Virus record (IMG/VR): IMGVR_UViG_3300002026_000256
Coordinates: 1-64,000 of that record
Source of the DNA: a virus
Taxonomy: Duplodnaviria; Caudoviricetes
Direction: 5' to 3' (one strand)
Length of the DNA stretch: 64,000 bases
The first letter of the stretch is position 1. The number at the start of each line of letters is the position of its first letter. The notes below the pieces were generated by a model, which had not been told where the DNA came from, did no database searches, and saw only the letters and a list, made by a program, of their open reading frames with translations. Of this stretch, positions 29,186-35,580 are shown one piece after another. The translations under genes were made by a program, and so were the position numbers.

Positions 29186-31049
29186 AAAATTGTTGTAGCT
29201 CAGTACCGTAAGCTTCATAGTTTACAGCGACAAATTCACCTAACACACATATTTCGTGACCAGATTTTAATGCTGAGTCTAAGTCGTCTTGTTTAAATCC
29301 CCAATTATCTATTACCATTCTAGCTTTTTCTTTGACAGACATTCCTGATTCGTCTGTTGTTGTAGGTCCTTGTTAAAACTTGAGCTAGTTAGTTTTGTCC
29401 CTGATAATGCCACAAATTCTAACCATTTAGCTGCTAACAATGAAAAGTCTTTTTTAATTTTGTTTGCTGTAAACGTCATTGAGGAAGCTGACTTATCCCA
29501 TTTGTTTATAAGTTTAATTAACTCTTTAACTTTTGCTTTAGCATCTGGATCTTTCTTGATCATTTTTGGTATTTGATCTTCGATATCACCGTACGCTGCA
29601 TACTCAATCATTTCTGTTGCATAATCATTGAACTCGTCGAATAATTCGTCTTTATCTGTCGGAATCTTAGATGATTTAATTTTGCCGTGTAATTCAGCAA
29701 TTGAATGTAGAACTATGTCATCGTGTAGTGGAGACCATGTAAACTTAAACCCATCTTTAGGAAATATTGCGTACACCCTCCCGTAGTTTGACGCTTGCCC
29801 CCTGTCAGTGGTTGTAAAGATAGAATTGGACCGCAATGCTTTAAACCCTTCAAGTTTTAAATAAGTGTCGCATAATTTCTGCGCATCTTTGCTTGAATCT
29901 TTTGGTTCTCTGTCTGCCCTTGGGTAGAAAACGTTGTGTAGATTGTAGGTGAGACAAAAATTCACCACAGTTCTTTTCAATGTACGAAAAATACTTAACT
30001 AATTTTGTATCCATGCCAGATAAGTTTTTCTTTTCTTTTTCAGCTTTTGCGTGTAGAGCTGATACTTTCTTTTGCTCTGCTTTAAGACGCGCAATTTCAG
30101 CTTCAAACGCATTTATTTTAGCAGTTAACTCTGCTGCTCGAGCCTCGGCGTCTGCTGGCGGAAGTTTTGTTTTGGCGTTAGCAGTCAATTCGTCATTTGG
30201 AACAGGCAAATCGTAATATTGACCAGGTTTTATATTTTTTATTACTTCTGGAGGTTTAAAAGTTGGATCTAACAATTTAGCAACATTTGTAAGATAAGCC
30301 ACATGCTCTGATGCTGGGTGATACGCTCCGTGCTGTCTTACTAATTCTTGAATATGTGCAAATTTATCAGAATAAGACGGTATACCTTTACTTTTTAATA
30401 TTTTAGCAATAGCAGAAAGTAAATACCGAACTTCAATGTCGTCCTCGTTAAACTCAATCCCTAACTTTTTATTTACTGGGTCTAACGTTTTGATTTTGCT
30501 GTCAAAAGAAGAGCCCTTTTTATTTAATAAGCTAACATATTCAACAATTTCTGCATATGACGGTTGTGCAGAATTTCCATTCGAAACAGAAGTAGCAAAC
30601 TTAGCTACCGCCCCTGCTGAAACAGATCCGTACTTGTCTTTCAAATATGCTTTGATGATTTTTGGATCTACTTTAATTTTTGTTTTTGCAATTGATTGTA
30701 TAGTGTTATTTTTTAATCCGTCAACTACATCAGTTTGATAGTCATCCAAATTCATGGAATAAAACGCCATTAAATTTGCTACTTGGCTATCTGTTGGTTT
30801 TTTGCCGTACAGAATAGTGGCGTATTGCACTACAGCTGATTTAGCTGGAATGTCTTCAACTTCAACACTAGGCGTTGCTTGCTGTAGCGGCATTTCTTTC
30901 TTAGTTGCTTGTTTATATGCGTCCGTCCATTTTTCAGGTGAAGAGTTAATCAAGTTCATAAACTGAGTAAGCGCACTAGCGTCTGGAGCAAACCCGTACT
31001 TATTTTTATACATCAGTTGTGCTGATTTTTTGTCTATTTTAAATGCCAT
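29169..31049 (-). pseudogene. Large protein with C-terminal ADP-ribosyltransferase-like domain, broken by two frameshifts
   Basis: MAFKIDKK..LQSTQRFL / FYPRADREPKDS..ALRSNSIFTT..YG.VYAIFP..FTWSP / GPTT..DLDSALKSGHEI..FYK*; frame changes near 29940 and 29365. Confidence 0.55.
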
Positions 31050-31222
31050 GTTGACTTTTCCTGAAAGGTGTGTATAATCAGTATTTAGCGCAAGTGATGT
31101 TACAACAAAACAACATTTCGGTGAAAAAAGTGTAGACAAATTACAGAAGTAGTGTTACACTTGGTATAAATAACTTTACGAAGCAAAATTTTTTGTTTCG
31201 GATAAATAAATTTAGTCAGTAG

Positions 31223-31251
31223 TTGACAGCAAGAATAAATAATGTTATACT
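31223..31251 (+). promoter_or_regulatory. sigma70 promoter with extended -10
   Basis: TTGACA-17-TATACT preceded by TGn. Confidence 0.85.
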
Positions 31252-31299
31252 TGATGCTTAGGTTAGTAATTTTTAAGAAAGAATTTAGAGCGTAACAAA

Positions 31300-31458
31300 A
31301 TGAAATCGTCCGTACATAGTTTAACCCATACCTTTAGTTTAGTGCCGTTGTGGCTCCAGACTACTGCGATTATGGCGGCTGGGTCGGAGATTATAACACC
31401 ACGTTGCGGTTCAAATTATGATAAATCGTTGGGGTTTGATAAAGGAAGGGTTGTTTAG
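31300..31458 (+). CDS. Putative attenuator leader peptide (52 aa)
   Basis: MKSSVHSLTHTFSLVPLWLQTTAIMAAGSEIITPRCGSNYDKSLGFDKGRVV*; lies between the promoter and a terminator; contains all 20 amino acids. Confidence 0.55.
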   Translation: MKSSVHSLTHTFSLVPLWLQTTAIMAAGSEIITPRCGSNYDKSLGFDKGRVV

Positions 31459-31485
31459 CACTTAGCAAACAACTACAAATTTAAC

Positions 31486-31521
31486 AAACCCTAGGACCAA
31501 AACCCTAGGGTTTTTTGTTTT
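31486..31521 (+). terminator. Intrinsic terminator with alternative antiterminator pairing
   Basis: AAACCCTAGG-ACCAAAAC-CCTAGGGTTT then TTTGTTTT; the 5' arm can instead pair with TTGGGGTTTG (31429-31438). Confidence 0.85.
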
Positions 31522-31550
31522 GTAAATGATAAAAATAAATTAAAAAGTAG

Positions 31551-31579
31551 TTGACAAATAGATAAATTAATGTTAAAAT
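31551..31579 (+). promoter_or_regulatory. sigma70 promoter
   Basis: TTGACA-17-TAAAAT with TGn. Confidence 0.75.
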
Positions 31580-31594
31580 AGAAAGACAGGAATT

Positions 31595-31714
31595 ATGAAA
31601 CGCAATGCAGTTGCTAAAGACTTAAGAACTCCTAAGTACCGCATGCGAGTTGTATGTGCTAAAAAGGGCAAAGGCTCTTGGAGGCGAGTTGACAAATATA
31701 GAGAAAGGATTTAA
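31595..31714 (+). CDS. arfA: ArfA-like alternative ribosome-rescue peptide (39 aa)
   Basis: MKRNAVAKDLRTPKYRMRVVCAKKGKGSWRRVDKYRERI aligns by eye to E. coli ArfA [34 protein letters not shown] AGGA. Confidence 0.65.
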   Translation: MKRNAVAKDLRTPKYRMRVVCAKKGKGSWRRVDKYRERI

Positions 31715-31768
31715 TGCGTGAGTAAACGTTGTTAAATGAGATTTTTATTAAGTGTGAAATAAGAGCTA

Positions 31769-32024
31769 TATGCCCAGGAAACGAGGTCCTGCTAGCGCAC
31801 TATAAACATGTTAGAAACGGGCGTCCTTGGGGATGAAGCATCTTGTGTGGTGTGAAAAAACCAGGAGTATTAAAGCATTTTGCTTGCTAGTAACTGAGTT
31901 GCAAACTTTGAATTTGTATCCACTAACGCAATGCAACAACTGAGTCAGCACCGGCGCTCTATGCGTCTTCGTGTTTTCCACTGTCAAAGTGCTTTAATAC
32001 ACACATTGGTTAACTCTAGTGTGT
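31769..32024 (+). ncRNA. Structured RNA ahead of the first tRNA
   Basis: ATGCCC/GGGCGT multistem; 16-bp stem 31867-31882/31985-32000 with a G.U pair; no ORF. Confidence 0.5.
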
Positions 32025-32034
32025 AACAAAATTT

Positions 32035-32110
32035 GGGCTGATAGTGATACTGGGGTACACGATGGTTTTGCAATCCATAGATAGGAGTTCGATCCTCCTT
32101 CGGTCCACCA
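32035..32110 (+). tRNA. tRNA-Ala(TGC)
   Basis: G3.U70, loop TTTGCAA, CCA. Confidence 0.85.
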
Positions 32111-32115
32111 AATTT

Positions 32116-32199
32116 GGAGATGTGGGTGAGTGGCTGAAACCGGAAGTCTGTAAAACTTCTCTTAATCGCGCGTTGGTTCGAATCCAACCGTCTCCACCA
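32116..32199 (+). tRNA. tRNA-Tyr(GTA)
   Basis: GAAGT-CTGTAAA-ACTTC, CCA. Confidence 0.93.
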
Positions 32200-32204
32200 A
32201 ATAC

Positions 32205-32398
32205 TAAGATGTTAGTGAGTAAGATAGTAGACGAAAACCGAGCCGTGCCTTCCGTGCGGTCTTCACAGTGCGTGGACACAATGAGAAACGTAAGGTGACG
32301 AACGATGAGCAAAGTCGGTCCAGTAGGGTATGAAAAGTAACATTGGCGGTGACGTTGCCGCAGGACAGAAGCTCTAGGGCGCCGCGTAATCCTGCAAG
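32205..32398 (+). ncRNA. Unidentified structured RNA in a tRNA slot (some RNase P-like words)
   Basis: About 190 nt between two tRNAs; stems GCAGGA/TCCTGC, GGCGG/TTGCC, ACCG/CGGT. Confidence 0.4.
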
Positions 32399-32403
32399 AA
32401 TTT

Positions 32404-32478
32404 GGGCTGCTAGTATAGGGGGAATTACCACTGCCTTGCACGTAGTAAATCGGAGTTCGAGTCTCCGGCGGTCCACCA
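32404..32478 (+). tRNA. tRNA-Ala(TGC), second copy
   Basis: G3.U70, ACTGC-CTTGCAC-GTAGT, CCA. Confidence 0.9.
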
Positions 32479-32485
32479 AATTAAT

Positions 32486-32560
32486 GCGGCGTGTAGTGTA
32501 ATGGCAACACACTTCTCTGTGAAAGAAGTATCGATGGTCCGATTCCATCCCGTCCGCCCA
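32486..32560 (+). tRNA. tRNA-His(GTG)
   Basis: CTTCT-CTGTGAA-AGAAG, T-loop TCCGATT, CCA. Confidence 0.85.
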
Positions 32561-32566
32561 GTTTTT

Positions 32567-32642
32567 GCGGTAGTAGCATAGCGGCTAATGCACCTCCCTG
32601 TCTAGGAGACCACCGTGGGTTCGAGTCCCATTTACCGCGCCA
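32567..32642 (+). tRNA. tRNA-Asp(GTC)
   Basis: CTCC-CTGTCTA-GGAG, G73, CCA. Confidence 0.9.
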
Positions 32643-32647
32643 GTTTT

Positions 32648-32676
32648 AGGATCAGTTCAGCAAAGTTGATCCTGTT
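32648..32676 (+). ncRNA. TTCAGCAA stem cassette 1 (minimal)
   Basis: AGGATCAG-TTCAGCAAAG-TTGATCCTGTT. Confidence 0.6.
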
Positions 32677-32683
32677 ATATTTT

Positions 32684-32766
32684 GGAGATGGAAAGCTGAT
32701 GGCTTCAGCACCGAGTCTGTAAAACTCGTCCTTCGGGGAGTGGATCGAAACCACACGTCTCCACCA
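32684..32766 (+). tRNA. tRNA-Tyr(GTA), divergent second copy
   Basis: CGAGT-CTGTAAA-ACTCG, T-loop ATCGAAA, CCA. Confidence 0.85.
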
Positions 32767-32778
32767 AATTTATTAAAT

Positions 32779-32870
32779 GCGAGCGAGACTTGGAAGTCAG
32801 AGAGGCCTTATAAACCTTTTAGCGCCAGATTAGCGTTCTTGAGAAGGTTCGATCCCTTCCGCTCGTACCA
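32779..32870 (+). tRNA. tRNA-Ile(TAT)-like with long variable region
   Basis: GCGAGCG/CGCTCGT acceptor, loop CTTATAA closed by C.A, GAAGG-TTCGATC-CCTTC, ACCA. Confidence 0.7.
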
Positions 32871-32938
32871 AATTCTGGTTACCAGTATTAAGACGGTGAC
32901 TAGCGCCAGCAGACTACCTCGTGGCTGGCATAAATTAT

Positions 32939-33016
32939 TCCGCAGAACGCAAGTATGGACATGGGCGTGGCTGTTAACCACTGTTTAACTCGGATCGTTA
33001 CCGAGGTGCGGAGCCA
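32939..33016 (+). tRNA. tRNA-Asn(GTT), atypical
   Basis: GTGG-CTGTTAA-CCAC, T-loop ATCGTTA, GCCA. Confidence 0.75.
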
Positions 33017-33025
33017 AGTTAGTAT

Positions 33026-33060
33026 AGGGATATGGTGTAATTGGGAGAACGACAGTTTTG
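33026..33060 (+). pseudogene. Orphan 5' half of a tRNA (Trp-like)
   Basis: AGGGATA-TGGTGTAATTGGGAGAAC-GACAGT then breaks off at the endonuclease late promoter. Confidence 0.55.
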
Positions 33061-33073
33061 TATAAATAAAGTT

Positions 33074-33694
33074 ATGCACTATATAATTTATAAAACCTCA
33101 AACATTTTGACTGGTCAATACTATATCGGATGCCATCAAACTTTGAATTTAACAGATGGATATTTAGGGTCTGGGAAATATTTAAAACGTGCTATAAAAA
33201 AGTACGGGGCATCAACTTTTAAATTTGAAATATTGCATGTAGCATCTTCAAAAGAAGAAATGTTTAATATAGAACGTTCGATAGTAAACGAAGAGTTAAT
33301 AACCGATCCATTGTCGTACAACCTAAAGATAGGTGGTAGTGGAGGAAATCCAGGTATTGTTGGGGCATTCAAAGGAAGACAACACTCCGCTGAAACTAAA
33401 GAAAAACAGCGCCAAGCGTCACTTCAACAAGTTACGTCAGATGAAAAACGTCGCAAATTGTCTGAAAACAACGCAATGCGCAATGATCCAGCAATTAGAA
33501 AGAAAGTTGCGCTGTCATTGACAGGCAGAGTTTGCTCAGACGAACATCGTAGTAGAGTAGCAGAAGCTAATCTAGGAAAAATACTAATTAATAACGGCAC
33601 GGTTGCAAAACGCATACCGAAAGACGAGTTAGCAAAATATGAAAATACAGAGTGGTCCAAAGGTGGACTGCCTCGAAAGATAATATCTCGATAG
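33074..33694 (+). mobile_element. Free-standing GIY-YIG homing endonuclease (Seg-like, NUMOD3)
   Basis: YIIYKTSN..QYYIG.H..YLGSG..LKRAIKKYG..F..E..YNL..GG; FKGRQHSAETKEK; stop codon lies inside tRNA-Trp. Confidence 0.9.
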
Positions 33695-33758
33695 TGTAAT
33701 GGCAACACGTTGTTCTCCAAAAGCAACATTCTAGGTTCGAGTCCTAGTCGGGATGCCA
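33685..33758 (+). tRNA. tRNA-Trp(CCA)
   Basis: TTGTT-CTCCAAA-AGCAA, GGTTCGAGTCC, GCCA. Confidence 0.9.
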
Positions 33759-33765
33759 AGTTAAT

Positions 33766-33840
33766 GCGTGTAAGATGTTAATGGTTGCATGATTGGCTTC
33801 CACCCAGTATGAGCAGGTTCGATTCCTGTTACTCGCACCA
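33766..33840 (+). tRNA. tRNA-Gly(TCC)
   Basis: ATTGG-CTTCCAC-CCAGT, CCA. Confidence 0.88.
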
Positions 33841-33880
33841 AACAAGCATGTCTTTGCAGTGGCTAGCATACTGCATAATT

Positions 33881-33954
33881 GCCCCTTTAGTTAAAAAGTA
33901 TAACACTGTGCTGATAACGCAGAGTCGGAGGAGCGTTACCTCCCGGGGGTACCA
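33881..33954 (+). tRNA. tRNA-Ile(GAT), atypical T-loop
   Basis: CTGTG-CTGATAA-CGCAG, T-loop AGCGTTA, CCA. Confidence 0.8.
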
Positions 33955-33962
33955 AGTTTTTT

Positions 33963-34021
33963 AGGTTCCGTTCAGCAAATTCTAAAAATTCAACTTTTAA
34001 TTGAAAAATAAGGAACCTGTT
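33963..34021 (+). ncRNA. TTCAGCAA stem cassette 2 carrying a Lys(UUU) anticodon stem-loop mimic
   Basis: AGGTTCC..GGAACCTGTT enclosing TTCAA-CTTTTAA-TTGAA. Confidence 0.65.
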
Positions 34022-34027
34022 ATCTAT

Positions 34028-34102
34028 ATCCCGTGACGCAGCTAGAGTGGCGACCAGGCCTTCACCCTGGTGAGAGGGGAGCGTAACCCCTACGGGATAC
34101 CA
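34028..34102 (+). tRNA. tRNA-Glu(TTC)-like, atypical (C33, T-loop AGCGTAA)
   Basis: ATCCCGT/ACGGGAT, ACCAGG-CCTTCAC-CCTGGT, ACCA. Confidence 0.65.
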
Positions 34103-34108
34103 ATTTTA

Positions 34109-34181
34109 GCCTTTGTCGTATAACTGGTGTGTACGTGTGCCTGAAGAGCACGAGGAGACGGTTCGATTCCGTACGAAGGTA
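34109..34181 (+). tRNA. tRNA-Phe(GAA), lacking encoded CCA and fused to a Ser remnant
   Basis: TGTGC-CTGAAGA-GCACG, GGTTCGATTCC, ends GAAGGTA. Confidence 0.8.
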
Positions 34182-34241
34182 GTCTTGAAAACTGTCGGTC
34201 CCGAAAGGGGCCCGTGAGTTCGAATCTCACCGTCCCCGCCA
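34181..34241 (+). pseudogene. 3' part of tRNA-Ser(TGA), 5' half missing
   Basis: AGT-CTTGAAA-ACT, long variable arm, GTGAG-TTCGAAT-CTCAC, GCCA. Confidence 0.8.
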
Positions 34242-34248
34242 ACAATAT

Positions 34249-34322
34249 CTTCTGCAAGCATTAAGGTGATGCAGTAGGCTCTTACCCTACAGAACACGGT
34301 CCAATACCGTGGCAGAGGACCA
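34249..34322 (+). tRNA. tRNA-Lys(CTT)
   Basis: GTAGG-CTCTTAC-CCTAC, T-loop TCCAATA, CCA. Confidence 0.8.
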
Positions 34323-34328
34323 AGTTTT

Positions 34329-34429
34329 TGTAGTGCAGTCGGTTAGATTGTGGTAAAGGCGATGCGAGTAGAAGTTCTACTGATAAATATCGAAGCGCAT
34401 CTTAATGATAATGTGTGCAGCCTACTACA
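34329..34429 (+). ncRNA. Unidentified structured RNA in a tRNA slot
   Basis: TGTAGT/ACTACA closing stem, GATGCG/CGCATC, AGTAG/CTACT. Confidence 0.45.
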
Positions 34430-34441
34430 GAAAAGTTTTAT

Positions 34442-34515
34442 GCTTCTAGAGCCAGTTGGATAGGCAGCGGATTGCAAACCCGTGTAACAGAGTTCGATTC
34501 TCTGTAGGAGTTCCA
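34442..34515 (+). tRNA. tRNA-Cys(GCA)
   Basis: Loop TTGCAAA, U73 discriminator, CCA. Confidence 0.85.
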
Positions 34516-34524
34516 GATAAACTA

Positions 34525-34602
34525 GCCCTTGTAGGCAAATTGGTAAAGTCGGCTGTCTCAAAAGCAGTTATTTTGTGAGTTCGAATCTCACCAAGGGCAC
34601 CA
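34525..34602 (+). tRNA. tRNA-Leu(CAA), short variable arm
   Basis: GCTGT-CTCAAAA-GCAGT, CCA. Confidence 0.88.
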
Positions 34603-34643
34603 ATTTATTTCTTGCATTGAGCGAGAACGTGTAAATAGTTATA

Positions 34644-34717
34644 CTCGGTATGGTGAAATGGTATCATTTATGCTTTGGGAGCATATGGCGTAGGTTCGAT
34701 TCCTGCTACCGAGACCA
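34644..34717 (+). tRNA. tRNA-Pro(TGG)
   Basis: TATGC-TTTGGGA-GCATA, CCA. Confidence 0.92.
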
Positions 34718-34724
34718 AGTTTTT

Positions 34725-34806
34725 AGGATAGCTTCAGCAACCCATTACAATTGGCCGTCAGTTTCGATGTTCTGACATTAAACAAAAAGTAGACAGCTAT
34801 CCTGTT
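34725..34806 (+). ncRNA. TTCAGCAA stem cassette 3
   Basis: AGGATAGC..GCTATCCTGTT enclosing GTCAG-TTTCGATGTT-CTGAC. Confidence 0.6.
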
Positions 34807-34813
34807 GCATTTT

Positions 34814-34890
34814 CAGTGTGTGGTGACAAGTGGACGTCGACCTGTTTTGGAAGCAGGAATATGCCGGTTCGAGGCCGGCCACACTGACCA
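34814..34890 (+). tRNA. tRNA-Pro(TGG), divergent second copy
   Basis: CCTGT-TTTGGAA-GCAGG, T-loop TTCGAGG, CCA. Confidence 0.85.
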
Positions 34891-34898
34891 AGTTTTAT

Positions 34899-34973
34899 TC
34901 CCTAGTAGCTCAGCGGTAGAGTAGTTGGCTGTTAACCAATTGGTCCGTGGTTCGATCCCACGCTGGGGAGCCA
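34899..34973 (+). tRNA. tRNA-Asn(GTT), canonical
   Basis: TAGCTCAGCGGTAGAG D-arm, CTGTTAA loop, GCCA. Confidence 0.95.
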
Positions 34974-35007
34974 AGTTTTAAATTAAGAAAAATAATAACA
35001 AACAAAT

Positions 35008-35082
35008 AGTGATATCGTTCAAATAGTAGGACCTGAGTCTCATAAGCTCAAGAAGAAGGGGCAGTACCTTCTATCACTACCA
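35008..35082 (+). tRNA. tRNA with CAT anticodon (Met or Ile2), atypical T-loop
   Basis: TGAGT-CTCATAA-GCTCA, T-loop GGCAGTA, CCA. Confidence 0.75.
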
Positions 35083-35089
35083 AATAAAT

Positions 35090-35165
35090 GCGTGTATAGC
35101 TCAGCTGGTAGAGCAGTTCGTTGCCAACGAACAGGTCGCAGGTTCGAACCCTGTTGCCCGCACCA
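35090..35165 (+). tRNA. tRNA-Gly(GCC)
   Basis: GTTCG-TTGCCAA-CGAAC, CCA. Confidence 0.93.
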
Positions 35166-35172
35166 AATTTTA

Positions 35173-35247
35173 GCTCTTGAAGCATTGACGGCGATGTACC
35201 GGTTTTGTAATCCGGATAGTGGAGTTCAAGTCTTCACAGGAGCACCA
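35173..35247 (+). tRNA. tRNA-Thr(TGT)
   Basis: CCGG(T)-TTTGTAA-(T)CCGG, CCA. Confidence 0.82.
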
Positions 35248-35255
35248 ACACATAT

Positions 35256-35326
35256 TGCGGGGATGAAGGTTCTCGGCCAGTCTCATAAGCTCGGTCTTCC
35301 AAGTTCGATTCTTGGCCCCGCTTCCA
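35256..35326 (+). tRNA. tRNA-Met(CAT), initiator-like, reduced D-arm
   Basis: Unpaired 1:72, GCGGGG/CCCCGC, loop CTCATAA, CCA. Confidence 0.7.
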
Positions 35327-35336
35327 AATTTCAAAT

Positions 35337-35410
35337 GGGGTTGTAATTCAATGGTAGAATATTCGGCTTTTAACCGATCAACGAGGGTCCGATTCCCTCC
35401 AGCCCTACCA
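35337..35410 (+). tRNA. tRNA-Lys(TTT)
   Basis: TTCGG-CTTTTAA-CCGAT, T-loop TCCGATT, CCA. Confidence 0.9.
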
Positions 35411-35416
35411 ACACAT

Positions 35417-35491
35417 GCTGCTATCGACTATCGGTAAGGTCGCTACCCTTTCAAGGTGGAGAGCGGGGTTCAACTCCCCGTAGCAGTACCA
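35417..35491 (+). tRNA. tRNA-Glu(TTC)
   Basis: CTACC-CTTTCAA-GGTGG, CCA. Confidence 0.92.
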
Positions 35492-35566
35492 GCTCTATTA
35501 GTATAGTGGTTACTACAACTGTTTCGTAAGCAGTGATCAGGCGTTCGATTCGTCTATGGAGCACCA
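35492..35566 (+). tRNA. tRNA-Thr(CGT)
   Basis: ACTGT-TTCGTAA-GCAGT; no spacer after the preceding CCA. Confidence 0.88.
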
Positions 35567-35580
35567 AGAATAAATACAAT

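Noticed and set aside
31769-31825. Hammerhead ribozyme
   Set aside because: A three-way junction and GAAAC are present, but the CUGANGA core is absent
31984-32988. Track ORFs across the tRNA array (e.g. 32016..32441, 32204..32548; also 34106..34297, 37160..37348)
   Set aside because: Chance frames over tRNA genes, with no RBS or protein motifs
33026-33758. Group I intron in tRNA-Trp
   Set aside because: No room for a ribozyme core around the ORF, and the downstream tRNA is already complete
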